From the NCBI RefSeq assembly GCF_000328665.1, contig NC_019977.1, positions 1,116,001 through 1,180,000 on the forward strand: a stretch of DNA of 64,000 nucleotides, in the 5' to 3' direction. This document shows, piece after piece, positions 10,317 to 21,739 of this stretch. Both the position numbers and the translations under genes were made by a program. Under the pieces are notes generated by a model. It worked only from the letters and a program-made list of their open reading frames with translations, searched no databases and was not told the origin of the DNA. Each line of letters opens with the position of its first letter. Position 1 is the first letter of the stretch. The DNA comes from Methanomethylovorans hollandica DSM 15978. GTDB lineage: Archaea > Halobacteriota > Methanosarcinia > Methanosarcinales > Methanosarcinaceae.

Positions 10317-11225
10317 TTATGCTTCAATAAGCCCTTCCTGAACAAGGAACTCCCTTGCGATATCCCGTGGCTCCATCTTCTCCACATCGAACTTGTAGTT
10401 AAGTTCTCTCATGGTATCCGTGTCTATCCTGCCATCAAGTTTCTTTAAAGCCTCCACAGCATCAGGATTACTATTCGCGAAGTTTTCTGTCATGATGTAT
10501 ATTGCATCATAAGGAGGCAATGCATTCATGTCATCCTCAAGCACCCTCAGGTTGAAGACCTCGTTCCTGGTATCCGTAGTATATGCGGATATGGCATCCA
10601 CGTCATCTATCTTGACAGCTTCATACATTACCGTTGCAACTGCCTGTTTGTAATCCTTGAACTCAATGCCGTATACAGCCTTTATGCGGGGCAGTCCATC
10701 CTCGCGAGTGGCGAACTCAGGATCTGTACCTACGGTCATCTGAGAGGCATAGTCTTGCAGATCGCTGATCTTCGTGACGTTATTTGCTTCTGCCCAATCC
10801 TCTTTCACTGCAATGGCGTATGCATCTTCGAATCCCGGGCTGCTGACTATAAGTATCTTGTCGGTCTCCTTCAATCCCTTTTCAGTTTCAGTGTATACTA
10901 CTTCAGGGTCCCACACTTGAAGTGCCGGTTCTTTGAGGATCTGGCTGTAGGCGGTTCCTGTGTATTCCACATAGGTATTTATTTCGTCCTTCTTCAATGC
11001 TTCATAGTTGACGAATGTTCCTCCCAGCCCTTCGATAACATCGGTCTTATATCCCGCATCTTCCAGCATAATTGCTGCCATATGGGCAAGTATGTACGAT
11101 TCCTGGAAGAGTTTGGATCCTATTACCACAGTAGGCTTTTCATCAGTTGTCTTTTCAGAGCAGCCACTTGCCAGCAAAGCAACAACTATCACTAATACCA
11201 TCATGACAGACTTTCTCATTTGCAT
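10317..11225 (-). CDS. Glycine betaine/choline ABC substrate-binding lipoprotein
   Basis: Lipobox LASGC, IGSKLFQE, YVEYTGT, LEDD...PPY motifs. Confidence 0.92.
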   Translation of the reverse strand: MQMRKSVMMVLVIVVALLASGCSEKTTDEKPTVVIGSKLFQESYILAHMAAIMLEDAGYKTDVIEGLGGTFVNYEALKKDEINTYVEYTGTAYSQILKEPALQVWDPEVVYTETEKGLKETDKILIVSSPGFEDAYAIAVKEDWAEANNVTKISDLQDYASQMTVGTDPEFATREDGLPRIKAVYGIEFKDYKQAVATVMYEAVKIDDVDAISAYTTDTRNEVFNLRVLEDDMNALPPYDAIYIMTENFANSNPDAVEALKKLDGRIDTDTMRELNYKFDVEKMEPRDIAREFLVQEGLIEA

Positions 11226-11294
11226 ATCACATCCACTTTCTGTTTGTTGATAAAGTGCTCAAAAGGTTCCCGCTTTTCAACATGGGAATTGAAC

Positions 11295-11915
11295 TTATTC
11301 CTTGAGTTGCTGGACCTTCCTGAAGTATCTATCGATCTCTTCCCAGTTGACGATGTTCCAGAAAGCATCTATGAATTTACCTCTCTCGTTCTTGTAATCC
11401 AGATAGTAGGCATGCTCCCATACGTCTATAGCCATAATGATCGGGAAATCCGGAAACAGATTTACATTATGCTTTTCTATCTGCATGATCCCCAGTCTTT
11501 TGGTGTCATTGCAGAAGGTAAGTGCTGCCCAGCCTGAACCTTCCACGCTTGCTGCCGTCTGAGTGAACTCTTTTTTGAAACGCTCGAAGTTCCCGAAATC
11601 TTCCTTTATGACCTCGGCCAGTTCACCTACGGGCTCTTTTGTCGCATTGCCTGCCGGGGTCATCTCCCACCAGAAATAATCATGCAGCACATGCCCTCCC
11701 AGATTAAAGGCCACAGCTTTGGCAGTTGCTTTGTAGTCAAAGTCCGTACCTTCCCTGCGGGCCTTTTCCATCATCTGCAGCAGTGAGTTCACATTAGTGA
11801 CGTAAGCCTGATGATGCTTTTCATGGTGTATACGCAATTGCTCTTCTGAAATATACGGTTCAAGGTCGGCATAACCATATTTCAAAGCCGGTAACTTATA
11901 CAGTTCTTTAGCCAT
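11295..11915 (-). CDS. sod: Fe/Mn superoxide dismutase (start placed at MAKELY)
   Basis: [24 protein letters not shown] motifs. Confidence 0.97.
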   Translation of the reverse strand: MAKELYKLPALKYGYADLEPYISEEQLRIHHEKHHQAYVTNVNSLLQMMEKARREGTDFDYKATAKAVAFNLGGHVLHDYFWWEMTPAGNATKEPVGELAEVIKEDFGNFERFKKEFTQTAASVEGSGWAALTFCNDTKRLGIMQIEKHNVNLFPDFPIIMAIDVWEHAYYLDYKNERGKFIDAFWNIVNWEEIDRYFRKVQQLKE

Positions 11916-12315
11916 AGTAGATTCCCCATATTGATCGGCCAAGAGGGTCTGTTCTATAATATTGAGGGAGTATCTGGACGGATAACCCAGGTTACAGATC
12001 CTGTTAACCAATTCCCTGATTTCATACTCACAAAATATCTCAGACCACAATGCTGCTTTAATTCCCACAAAATTTCCTATGCAACAAGTAGTCCTATATA
12101 TTGCATTCAAAAAGCTTCTATATAAAGTTATGTAGTGATGGTTTTAGAATATATGAAGTTACAAGCAGGTTTAAAACAGGTTTCACATGCAGTTACTATT
12201 ATCCGTTTATAACAGGAAAAAACGGCAGTCTTTCACGAAGTTTGTCTGAAATTTATATTTTACTTGCAAATATAGGACAATTGTTTCCAAAGAGATATAT
12301 AAGAAAAAGCAAGAT

Positions 12316-13239
12316 ATGAGATTTATGGAAGACGGGAAAAAAGAAACTTGGCCTGAATTATCCTTTGAAGAAGGAAAAGAAACTTATCAGACCATCCACT
12401 TATGGACTCAGATTGTTGGAAAAATAAAACTGACGAAAATGCCTTGGATCAATCATTCATGGCATGTTACCCTAATGGTTACACCAGTTGGTCTTACTAC
12501 TGGCGATATTCCTTCAAACGGCAAACATTTTCAAATAGACTTTGACTTTCTCAATCACAAATTAGAAATAACAACCAGCCAAAATGAAGTAAGAACATTC
12601 AACTTGTTGTCTCTTTCCATTGGTGCTTTTTACAGAAATATTTTGTCTTCATTGGAGGAGCTTGGAATAGAAGTAAAAATCAATCCAGTACCAAGTGAAA
12701 TGGAAAATCCTACTCCTTTCGATAAAGATGAGAGGAACTTCTATGTACCCGCAATAGCCACTGCTCTGCATTATGCCCTGCTTAAATCTAATGAAGTTTT
12801 TACACAGTTCAGGGCAGGCTTTATCGGAAAATGTAGCCCTGTTCACTTCTTTTGGGGAAGCTTTGATTTGGCAGTTTCTCGTTTCTCCGGACGTAAAGCT
12901 CCACCACATCCCGGAGGTATCCCTAATTTTCCGGATTGGGTAGCCATAGATGCTTATTCTCATGAAGTGAGCAGCTGTGGTTTTTGGCCTGGAAACGAAG
13001 CAGTGCCTTTTGCAGCTTTTTATAGCTACATTTATCCTGAACCCCAAGGTTTTAAATCTGCTGCTATAAAGCCTGAAAACGCTTACTATCATAAGGATTT
13101 ACGCGAATTCATCCTTCCTTATAAAGAGGTACAGCAAGCTAGTGATCCATCTCAGATGTTATTGGATTTTCTTAATACCACTTACAGAGCAGCGGCAGAT
13201 GCAGCTTATTGGGACAGAGAAAATTTAGAAAGACAGTAA
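12316..13239 (+). CDS. Conserved hypothetical protein (DUF5996-like)
   Basis: HLWTQIVGK, PVHFFWGSFDLAV.RFSGR, GFWPG motifs. Confidence 0.8.
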   Translation: MRFMEDGKKETWPELSFEEGKETYQTIHLWTQIVGKIKLTKMPWINHSWHVTLMVTPVGLTTGDIPSNGKHFQIDFDFLNHKLEITTSQNEVRTFNLLSLSIGAFYRNILSSLEELGIEVKINPVPSEMENPTPFDKDERNFYVPAIATALHYALLKSNEVFTQFRAGFIGKCSPVHFFWGSFDLAVSRFSGRKAPPHPGGIPNFPDWVAIDAYSHEVSSCGFWPGNEAVPFAAFYSYIYPEPQGFKSAAIKPENAYYHKDLREFILPYKEVQQASDPSQMLLDFLNTTYRAAADAAYWDRENLERQ

Positions 13240-13409
13240 AGGAAAAAGTTACACAATACAATTTCCATCGAGAAATCAATCTACAGAGCCCTAAACAGAA
13301 AACGCATCGGTGGCTTGTGTTGTGTTCTCCTTAAATCAGATTTATATTATTTTACATTAGAACATGTTTATAGAGTCTAAACTCCCGGAATGTACAAGCC
13401 CTCTGCCCA

Positions 13410-15875
13410 CTATGCCTCTGCGCCTTCCTGTATCCTCTTCTCCTGCTCTTTCATATCCCTTATCTCTTTCAGACGGCGTATGATGACCTCAAGCAGGAAT
13501 AATATAAGAGCTGCCAGAATGAAGTATATCTTCTGGCTGACATTTTCCTTGATAAGCTTTTGTGAGTTTTCCCTTGCATCCCTTAGAAGCAAGGCCTGAG
13601 CTTCACTCTTGGTGTATGTTTCTCCACCATTGGCCTTGATCATCATTTCAAGGTCCGGGTTGATCCCTACATCCCTGTATTCCAGAGCATAGTTCACTGC
13701 TATCGGATATCCTGAGATGTAATGCACTCCCACCTGACCAACATCTACTGTTGCTTCATATGTGTCCTTGCCTGTAAGCGAAAGGTCTATGCTTCTCGTA
13801 TCATCAAGTGTGATGGCGGGTATGCCTTCGTCATACATAGTGAGCTTAAGTTGTGCGGGAGTACCGAACCACGTGTCCTCTGCCTCCAGCACGGCTCCTT
13901 CCTCTACCTGCGGATTGCCGACAAGCCAGTTCATGGTAGATGAAGTGAGCTTTGAGTTATTGCCGGAGTACATCTGTGTGCTCCACATATTATCATAACC
14001 TTTACCATTATCAGTGCTCAGGGAAGCCACGCGTCCCAGGCCGTATCTCCACACAGTGAGCACAGGTTTACCTGTAGAAGTAAGGATCAGCCTGTCTGCT
14101 CCGGGTTTTGGTGTCACGTCATTGTAACCTGTGATGTTGCCCGAAAGGTTCACATTCCTGGTGATGAAATGGGTAGGGTTGTATTTTATGAGAGTAAGTG
14201 CGCTATAATCTATAGATTCGTTAGTATCTGGCTGTTCCATCTCATCGAAGACCAGATTGACCCTGTCTTCTTTTTCCACAGGGAAATACAGCCCGCCAAC
14301 TTCATCCATCAAAATCTTTGCAAAGGCATTACCGGATTTATCGTATTGTGAAGGTGCACTGGACTTAACATGTACATAATATAACTTGACTCCCGCATCA
14401 GTGAGCTCACTGGCAACTTTGAGACTTTCCTCATATTTTTGTTCTATCCCACCATCTGAGATGACAATTACATCAAGTTCACCTTCTCCTTCTGCAAGCC
14501 ATTCCTGTGCAATAACAAGACCCTGGTCCAGTGATGTGGTACTGGTTATCGCGGGGGCGATCGAAGATATCTGTTCTTCCAGGCGATTGATGTTGGAAGG
14601 CACGCCCATGTATACAAGGCCACCGGAAACGTCAAGTCCTTCTGTTCCAAAGGCAATCACTCCTACATTTGCACCTCTCAGATTCTCATTATTTTTAGTG
14701 AGAACATGTATAGCATTACCCAGAATATCTCCGTGAGTACCATGGGCAGATGTACTCATGGAAACATCAAGGACCAATACCACATTCCTGCCACCCTTCC
14801 ATTCGGTGGCCTTGGAATATACAGGCAATAATCCTTCAAGAGATGAATTAAGATAATTCCCATAGTCATAGGAACTGTCTCCTCCTACCACGTACAGGCC
14901 ATTGCCAGAACTTACATAATCTTGGAGGTTCTGTATCTCTGCTTCCGACAGAGATCCTATTCCCCTGTTATCCAGCACAACAGCCTTTTTATTATCCAGG
15001 TCTGTTAGCTGCGTGCTGATTGAGGTCTCATATAGGTTAAGCAGTACATCGGCCATGGGTGAACCTGTATCATCAGTCACTACCTGGATCTTCGGTTTTG
15101 GGACGACATATACGGTCTTATAGAAGACATTATTGATAGGCTGTCTGTCATCGGAAGCAGTAATACTGGCCGTTATCGTGTGGGCGCCCAGAGAAGTGAA
15201 TGTATACGTTACAGGTATGGTCCTGGAATCGTCTTCCTGGTCATATGTTCTGCTGCGTACCAGCTGATCATCCACATACATCTCTATCTGGTAGGCGATG
15301 GGTGTATCTCCGGCCTGCTGAACTATAATGTCGAACTGGTATTCATTATTCAGGACCACTGTCTTCTCACCACTTATATACAGGCTGACATCATTTACCT
15401 GCAGTTCAGGGATGACAGAGTAAACCGTGGTGCCTGTCTCCTTTGCGAATTCCAGAGCTTTTCCTAGATCCTGGCCCTTGTTACTGTTGCCGTCAGAAAC
15501 TAGAACTATCTGATTGTCCCCGCGGGCGTATTGTACAATGGCATCGCCCAAAGCTGTGCTCTCACCAGTGAGCTTTACAACGTTGGTAGGTGTATTCGCT
15601 GCCAGGGATCCATATAACTCCGTAGCTGTCTGCTTTTCGAAAAGCTCCATACTGGCAGTCTCATCGGATATCAGCACAAGATCGGGGTTCTCACTGCTTG
15701 ATATCTTGCTCACCACATTATAAGGAGATGCAAGGGCAATGACCAGCAATGCAAGCACGACCATCCGGGATATGATCAGACCTTTTTTAGCGCCTTTGCG
15801 AATAAGGTAGATGCCCGCTGCTATTACCGGCACCATAAGCCATAACATCTCTGGCTGCTGCAGGTTCAGCATCAC
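13410..15875 (-). CDS. vWA-domain membrane protein (MoxR operon)
   Basis: DVSMS MIDAS, ISDGG, N- and C-terminal TM segments. Confidence 0.85.
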   Translation of the reverse strand: MMLNLQQPEMLWLMVPVIAAGIYLIRKGAKKGLIISRMVVLALLVIALASPYNVVSKISSSENPDLVLISDETASMELFEKQTATELYGSLAANTPTNVVKLTGESTALGDAIVQYARGDNQIVLVSDGNSNKGQDLGKALEFAKETGTTVYSVIPELQVNDVSLYISGEKTVVLNNEYQFDIIVQQAGDTPIAYQIEMYVDDQLVRSRTYDQEDDSRTIPVTYTFTSLGAHTITASITASDDRQPINNVFYKTVYVVPKPKIQVVTDDTGSPMADVLLNLYETSISTQLTDLDNKKAVVLDNRGIGSLSEAEIQNLQDYVSSGNGLYVVGGDSSYDYGNYLNSSLEGLLPVYSKATEWKGGRNVVLVLDVSMSTSAHGTHGDILGNAIHVLTKNNENLRGANVGVIAFGTEGLDVSGGLVYMGVPSNINRLEEQISSIAPAITSTTSLDQGLVIAQEWLAEGEGELDVIVISDGGIEQKYEESLKVASELTDAGVKLYYVHVKSSAPSQYDKSGNAFAKILMDEVGGLYFPVEKEDRVNLVFDEMEQPDTNESIDYSALTLIKYNPTHFITRNVNLSGNITGYNDVTPKPGADRLILTSTGKPVLTVWRYGLGRVASLSTDNGKGYDNMWSTQMYSGNNSKLTSSTMNWLVGNPQVEEGAVLEAEDTWFGTPAQLKLTMYDEGIPAITLDDTRSIDLSLTGKDTYEATVDVGQVGVHYISGYPIAVNYALEYRDVGINPDLEMMIKANGGETYTKSEAQALLLRDARENSQKLIKENVSQKIYFILAALILFLLEVIIRRLKEIRDMKEQEKRIQEGAEA

Positions 15876-17749
15876 AGCTCACCTCGCTTTTTGATTATGT
15901 ACAACTCCAGGATTACCAGCAGGAGTACCAATGCTATCATAATAGTGTCCAGATACTTCTTAGATTCGTATGTTGTCGCCCTCACAACAGACGGCTCATC
16001 TTTTAAGGATGTTCTCTCAATGACATCCGAAGCATCTATCGTGGTGTCGGATTCTTTGTCATTGTACAGATTAACGGCAATGGTCCTGCCTGCAACCTCA
16101 TATAGACCGGCGCTGCTGTAAAGCACCCTTTTTGTAAGCTCTGTCCCACCCGGAGTAGTTATTTGCTGTTCTTTTGCCAGAGTAGATACAGCTCCTGTCT
16201 TCAGATTGTACTCTGAAATATCCCCTGAACCGCCGAGCCACCCTGCGAGTTTGAACCAGAAGACAGGGAAATCGGGCAGATTGTGGAAGTTGTTCCAAGC
16301 TCCTTCTCCAAGCTGATCGCTGAACCCTAAGTAGACAACTGTGCCTTCACCCACAGTTCCGAAAGCCAGCATCGGAGTATCTTTATCAGATGTGATAAGA
16401 GTGGTAGTGCCTAATCTGGGAGTTGCATTCAGGTACTTATACACAGCTATTTCATCCAGGGCCAGATCATCAGTAAGTCTCGTGGATTGGTTCACCTTCA
16501 TCTGCAGACCTTTTTGTGTTTCTGTTATGCTGGATGTCCTTACAGGTAGCAGTTTCTGTAGTTCCAGATCTGCACCCTGTGCAGCAAGACTGTCGCTTGC
16601 TATGAATATGACCTTACCCCCACCGTTAATGTACGATGAGAGCACCGAGATCTCCCCGGATGAGAGGGACTGGTTAGCTTTGGCAACTACGACCACGCTG
16701 AACCGTGCAAGGTCCTGAGGTACGCCGTTAGCTGAGGTCGTATCGATGCCGGGCATAAGGGACACTGAGGTCATAGATGGCAACAGTGGCTGTTCAGATA
16801 CGAACAGGACACGCTTGTTAGAAACCCTGGGTATTGAGACGTAGGCAGTATTATCAGCAGGCAGACTGTCATCTCTATTGATCTTTATTGTAGTGACTCC
16901 TGTGCTAAGATTTTGTAATATGAACTGCTGTGTAGCCATTGCCTTAACCGGCAGGTCGATGTTCTTGGTAACACTTTCGCCATCAGTAGTAGTGATCTCT
17001 AAAGGCACGTTCTGATCATTGCTGCCATAGTTTTTTATAACACAATTATAGGTATAGCCACTCTGCGTGGTTTCAAGCCTGCCCTGGATAATTCCTATAT
17101 TATCTGCTGCACTATTACCTATTCTTATGAACTCCACCTTAAGACCGTATGATTCTGCAAGGTTCTTTGCAGAAACAGGGTCTTCTCCTTCCCAGTTGGT
17201 GAAATCAGAGATCACTATTAGCCTTCCGCCGTCCTGGGACAGTATTCTCATGCCTGTTCCCATGGCAGCAGAGATATCTGCCACCGTTGCACCTGGCCTG
17301 AGAGAGGAAAGAGCTGCCTGAGTGGTGGTTGCATCCTGTTCTTCAAGTAATGTTACAGGAATATTATGAGCAAGCACTATGCTGTTCTCCTTGCTTACGT
17401 ATTCCTCTGCCTTACTGATGGCTTCCTGGAACCGGTTCCCTGTCTGCATACTGGCGGACACGTCCATAACCAGTACTGTATGCTCATCGCTCAGAGGTTC
17501 ATTGGTAGTAATGTAAGGCGCAGCAGCTGCCAGGGCTAACAGAATGAGTACCAGTAGCTGTATAAGGAACAAAGGGTCTTTGATAAGTTTTGTGATGGAA
17601 GTGAAGAAGCGCTTCTTTTCTTCCACCTGCATGAGGAACATCACTGATGGTATCCTCACTAATAGAGGCTTTGGCCTCAGAAGGTAGAGAATGATAAGAG
17701 GTATGACGCTTACCAGTGCCAGCAGAGCCAGGGGTGTCTCAAAGGCCAT
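15872..17749 (-). CDS. BatA/vWA domain protein
   Basis: BatA-type N-terminus, DVSASM, ISDF motifs. Confidence 0.88.
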   Translation of the reverse strand: MAFETPLALLALVSVIPLIILYLLRPKPLLVRIPSVMFLMQVEEKKRFFTSITKLIKDPLFLIQLLVLILLALAAAAPYITTNEPLSDEHTVLVMDVSASMQTGNRFQEAISKAEEYVSKENSIVLAHNIPVTLLEEQDATTTQAALSSLRPGATVADISAAMGTGMRILSQDGGRLIVISDFTNWEGEDPVSAKNLAESYGLKVEFIRIGNSAADNIGIIQGRLETTQSGYTYNCVIKNYGSNDQNVPLEITTTDGESVTKNIDLPVKAMATQQFILQNLSTGVTTIKINRDDSLPADNTAYVSIPRVSNKRVLFVSEQPLLPSMTSVSLMPGIDTTSANGVPQDLARFSVVVVAKANQSLSSGEISVLSSYINGGGKVIFIASDSLAAQGADLELQKLLPVRTSSITETQKGLQMKVNQSTRLTDDLALDEIAVYKYLNATPRLGTTTLITSDKDTPMLAFGTVGEGTVVYLGFSDQLGEGAWNNFHNLPDFPVFWFKLAGWLGGSGDISEYNLKTGAVSTLAKEQQITTPGGTELTKRVLYSSAGLYEVAGRTIAVNLYNDKESDTTIDASDVIERTSLKDEPSVVRATTYESKKYLDTIMIALVLLLVILELYIIKKRGEL

Positions 17750-18629
17750 GTCCGTGTCTCCTGTCTATGGTATAAAGGAAAGCTTCAAAGATGGGCACAT
17801 CCGTAGTGAAGACATAGTACTCTGCTCCCACGTGGTAGCATGTGTCCTTGATGCTGTTCATATGCTCCATCAATTTGCGCTGATAGTTTTCCTTGAAGCT
17901 GTCGCCTACGTAGGTTTTAAGATCCTTCTCTGTTTCCAGGTCCATGAATTTTGTATGACCGTGTACCTGAAGCTGAGCTTCTGTTCTGTCCAGCACCTGT
18001 ATAAGGATGAGATCATGGTCAGCAAAACGATATATTGCCGATCTGATGGCATCCAGATCATCCATGAAATCAGATATGATGATCACAAGAGAGCGTGAAT
18101 GGATCACACGGCTGTAACTGATGATACATTCATGTATGTCTGTCTTACCCTGCAGTTTTGTGGTCTCAAGTCTTTCAAGTGTCTGGAACAGGTGTTTCTT
18201 TCCTCTGCGTGCCTGGGATATATCCACATCTTCAGAAAAGGTGGAAATAGCGAACTTGTCATTATCCTTTGTCACCATGTATGCAAAACCCATGGCAAGC
18301 ATCAGGCCATATTCGAATTTGGTGATACCTTTATCAGGATAGTCCATGCTCTTGCTGGCATCCAGTAGTATATGTGCAGTGAGAGATTTGTCTTCCTCGA
18401 ACTGTCTAACATACAGTTTTTCCGATCTGGCATAGACTTTCCAGTCAATGGACCTGGGATCGTCTCCGGGATAGTATTCCCTGAACCCAATGGTATCTAT
18501 ACCCCTACCACTGTTAACAGAGCGCCGGCTACCGGCATATACGCTGGACACTCTTTTGTTCACCATGAAAGAGAAACGGTCAAGCTGCCGGAAAAAATCC
18601 GCATCAATAGTGTGTTTGCCGGGGTTCAT
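17739..18629 (-). CDS. DUF58 vWA-like protein
   Basis: REYYPGDDPRSIDWKVYAR, LDASKSM motifs. Confidence 0.92.
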   Translation of the reverse strand: MNPGKHTIDADFFRQLDRFSFMVNKRVSSVYAGSRRSVNSGRGIDTIGFREYYPGDDPRSIDWKVYARSEKLYVRQFEEDKSLTAHILLDASKSMDYPDKGITKFEYGLMLAMGFAYMVTKDNDKFAISTFSEDVDISQARRGKKHLFQTLERLETTKLQGKTDIHECIISYSRVIHSRSLVIIISDFMDDLDAIRSAIYRFADHDLILIQVLDRTEAQLQVHGHTKFMDLETEKDLKTYVGDSFKENYQRKLMEHMNSIKDTCYHVGAEYYVFTTDVPIFEAFLYTIDRRHGHGL

Positions 18630-18643
18630 GTCCTGCCTGATTT

Positions 18644-19618
18644 TTATTTGACCTGTGCAAGTATTCCCTTTATCATCTGGTCTGCAGTGATACCACGCCT
18701 CTCAGATTCGAAAGAGAGACCAAGCCTGTGGCGAAGTATCGGATAAGCCATTGCGTCTATATCCTCTTCGCTCACATAATTCCTGCCTTTGATCAGAGCA
18801 CGTGCCTTTGCGGTCAGGATAAGACCGATAGACGCTCTGGGAGATGCACCGTATTCTATTTGCTCGCTGTTCTGCCTTGTAGCCAGGACTATCTTCACTG
18901 CTCTGAATTTTAACTGGTCGGAGATAGGCACTTCGGTGGTCAGCTTCTGCAGGTCAAGCAATGTGCTCTTGTTCATAATCTTTCTGACCTGCGGGATGTC
19001 CATTTTAGTATATCTGTCCACTATGGTGAGCTCCTGCTCGAATGTGGGGTAGTCCAGCAAGATCTTCAGCAGGAACCTGTCCAGTTGTGCTTCAGGCAAC
19101 GGGAATGTGCCCTCCATCTCAATAGGGTTCTGGGTGGCCAGAATAAAGAACGGCTTATCAAGCAGATAAGTATCATTGGCTACAGTGATCTGTTTTTCCT
19201 GCATGGCCTCAAGCATTGCGGATTGTGTCTTGGGAGAAGCACGGTTGATCTCATCTGCCAGCACTATGTTGGCAAAGATAGGCCCTGCCTGGAACTTGAA
19301 CGACTTGACACCGCCGTGTTCCTCGATAATGTTCGTTCCCGTGATGTCCGCAGGCATCAGGTCCGGTGTACACTGGATCCTGCTAAAGCGCAGGTCCATG
19401 ACCTTTGCTATGGTAGAAATGGTCAACGTCTTCCCAAGACCGGGGTTGCTCTCCACCAGAGCATGCCCATTGCAGAGCATAGCTATTATCATCTGTTCCA
19501 CATATTCTTGCTGTCCTACGATGACTTTCCCGATCTCAGCGAACAATGCGTTGAACATCTCGCTCGCAAGCCGGTATGTCTGGGACAGATTTCCTGTGCT
19601 CATTTCACTGGAGTTCAT
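18644..19618 (-). CDS. MoxR-family AAA+ ATPase
   Basis: PGLGKT, RIQCTPDLMPADITG, DEINRA, ATQNPIEMEGTFPLPEAQLDRF motifs. Confidence 0.96.
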   Translation of the reverse strand: MNSSEMSTGNLSQTYRLASEMFNALFAEIGKVIVGQQEYVEQMIIAMLCNGHALVESNPGLGKTLTISTIAKVMDLRFSRIQCTPDLMPADITGTNIIEEHGGVKSFKFQAGPIFANIVLADEINRASPKTQSAMLEAMQEKQITVANDTYLLDKPFFILATQNPIEMEGTFPLPEAQLDRFLLKILLDYPTFEQELTIVDRYTKMDIPQVRKIMNKSTLLDLQKLTTEVPISDQLKFRAVKIVLATRQNSEQIEYGASPRASIGLILTAKARALIKGRNYVSEEDIDAMAYPILRHRLGLSFESERRGITADQMIKGILAQVK

Positions 19619-19667
19619 CTCTGGTCTCCTTTACATTCATGGATCAATAGTAAGGTTCTGTATGTCA

Positions 19668-20555
19668 TTATTGTCCTGCCATTTTCTCAAAGTACTGTTT
19701 AATGATGCTTTCGTATCCTTCCGGCAGTTTCTCGGAATAGATGGATGAGGAGATTACACTTATATCGTATGCTGAAGACGGAGTAAAACCATCGAGTGTG
19801 CTATTGGTCTGATTCCCCTGCGTAAAACCTGCGCCTGTGCCAGGTGGAAGGGTCAGATCGACCTGTTTTCCTTCGACCACCACAACTGCAGGTTCACTTA
19901 AAAGATCTTCAGTGGATTTATTTCCCGGATCATCTGAAATTTCTTCCATTACTGCCAGATCTGAACCGCCTGCATTTTCAGGTGACAGGGGGTCTAAGAG
20001 ATCTTTGATATCCTGGGGTGTGGATGAGATACGATATTCACTCACACTGACATACGTAAGCAAAGAAATAGCTATCAGCAACGAGAAAAAGCCAATATAC
20101 ATTCTTTTCTTGTTGAAGAAGTCAGCAGGTATCACTTTGGAGGACGCACTTACCACATTTTCCCGGAGATCTGCAACTATGATATTATCAACTTCACGGT
20201 TGTCGTACGCAGTACTGAGTCTCTCGCGCAGCACCGGGTATTTTTCTTCAACAATGTCTATTGTTTCTTTTTTGTCATCTTTTATGTGCAATATGAAAGT
20301 CAGTAAAAGACCGAAGGCCAGTGACAGAAAGAACAAGAAGATCTTAGGGTATGAAAGAGTTGCACCAAGAAAACTTATCGATGCAGCAGAATATACTTCA
20401 AGTTCAGGAAACATCTCAAAGATCATTTCCATATTAGTGATCAGTAAAATGGCATACAATAGGAATGTTATGGAAATAACATCAAGCAGTTTATAAAAAC
20501 GCCTGTATTTTTGAATAGCTATATCTATATTTTCTATGAAGTCTTCAACCTTCAT
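19668..20555 (-). CDS. Conserved membrane protein heading the MoxR operon
   Basis: Three hydrophobic segments, LRERLSTAYDN motif; co-oriented with moxR. Confidence 0.8.
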   Translation of the reverse strand: MKVEDFIENIDIAIQKYRRFYKLLDVISITFLLYAILLITNMEMIFEMFPELEVYSAASISFLGATLSYPKIFLFFLSLAFGLLLTFILHIKDDKKETIDIVEEKYPVLRERLSTAYDNREVDNIIVADLRENVVSASSKVIPADFFNKKRMYIGFFSLLIAISLLTYVSVSEYRISSTPQDIKDLLDPLSPENAGGSDLAVMEEISDDPGNKSTEDLLSEPAVVVVEGKQVDLTLPPGTGAGFTQGNQTNSTLDGFTPSSAYDISVISSSIYSEKLPEGYESIIKQYFEKMAGQ

Positions 20556-20597
20556 GGTAATGCACTTGTCCTGTATACCAATGTCCCCTATGTTATT

Positions 20598-21488
20598 TTA
20601 CATCATCTCATAGGAGCCTAGCACTTTCATCATCCCTGCTTTCGGCAGAATGCTATTTAAAGCATCTTTTATAATAGTATCGCTGATATTCCCTGCAAAG
20701 TCTATGTAAAAGATATAATCTCCCAGAATACGTTTTGAAGGTCTGGATTCAATGCGTGTAAGATTTATCTTCCGGATTGCGAATTCCCCCAGCAGGTCAT
20801 ATAATGCTCCTGGCCTGTCTCTGTCAAGATAGACTATGATAGATGTTCTGTGGGGAAGATCTCTCTTTGCTGTGTCATCGGTTTCGGCTACACTTCCACT
20901 GCAAGTCTTCCAGGCAAGATCATCATCTTCCTGTTTTTTCCTGAACACTATGAAACGGGTATGATTGTTATTGCAATCCTGAATATTGCAGAGCAGTACG
21001 TTAAGTCCGTACATGCCTGCTGAATCTCTGGATGCGATGGCTGCCATTTCCTCAAACTCAGTGGCAAGTTTGGCTGCATGGGAGGTGCTCCCTGTTGTGC
21101 GTATCTCTGCATGAGGAAAATGGCTTTTGATGAACTGCCTGCACTGTCCCAGTGCCTGGGGATGGGAAAGTATGACCCTTATATCCTCTATCTTCCCCCT
21201 GGACAGCAAACAGTGTTCAATGGGCACAACTACCTCCCCGATTATATGGATCTCATGTTCCATGAGCATGTCAAGGGTAACACCCACCGAGCCTTCGATG
21301 GAATTCTCTACAGGTACAATGCCAAGATCAGCATTTGTGAGAATCACAGCATTGAATGTATCGATGATATCGTCGCAATATTTCAGAGATATGTCCTTCA
21401 GGGGTGAAGCAGTGTATTCTTTACTGAGCCACAGGCTGGCGGCATGGTCCGAATAAGATCCCCTGGGTCCCAGTACACCGATGATCAT
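20598..21488 (-). CDS. pheA: Prephenate dehydratase (start placed at MIIGVLGP)
   Basis: LGPRGSYS, PVENSIEGSV, SHPQALGQC, NHTRF, INLTRIESRP motifs. Confidence 0.96.
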   Translation of the reverse strand: MIIGVLGPRGSYSDHAASLWLSKEYTASPLKDISLKYCDDIIDTFNAVILTNADLGIVPVENSIEGSVGVTLDMLMEHEIHIIGEVVVPIEHCLLSRGKIEDIRVILSHPQALGQCRQFIKSHFPHAEIRTTGSTSHAAKLATEFEEMAAIASRDSAGMYGLNVLLCNIQDCNNNHTRFIVFRKKQEDDDLAWKTCSGSVAETDDTAKRDLPHRTSIIVYLDRDRPGALYDLLGEFAIRKINLTRIESRPSKRILGDYIFYIDFAGNISDTIIKDALNSILPKAGMMKVLGSYEMM

Positions 21489-21739
21489 AATGCCTACACT
21501 ACGGCACAACTTATATAATTGTGTATATGTGCCATGCACATGCTCTCTCTCTCTGTTTTTATTTGTACTTGTTTTCCAATTGTGAACCTCTTGATATAAC
21601 CCTTTTTAGAACTCTTTCTAAGACCTTTCCTAAGACCTTATTCTGAAACAGGATGTCTTTTCAGGAACCAATAAAAAACACAATGTTTAAATAATTATAA
21701 TGTAATATGCTTGACAAACAAGTTCCATAGGACAGCATC

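Noticed and set aside
13410..20555. MoxR-DUF58-vWA operon as a novel defence system
   Set aside because: This is a widespread chaperone-type operon with host-like composition.
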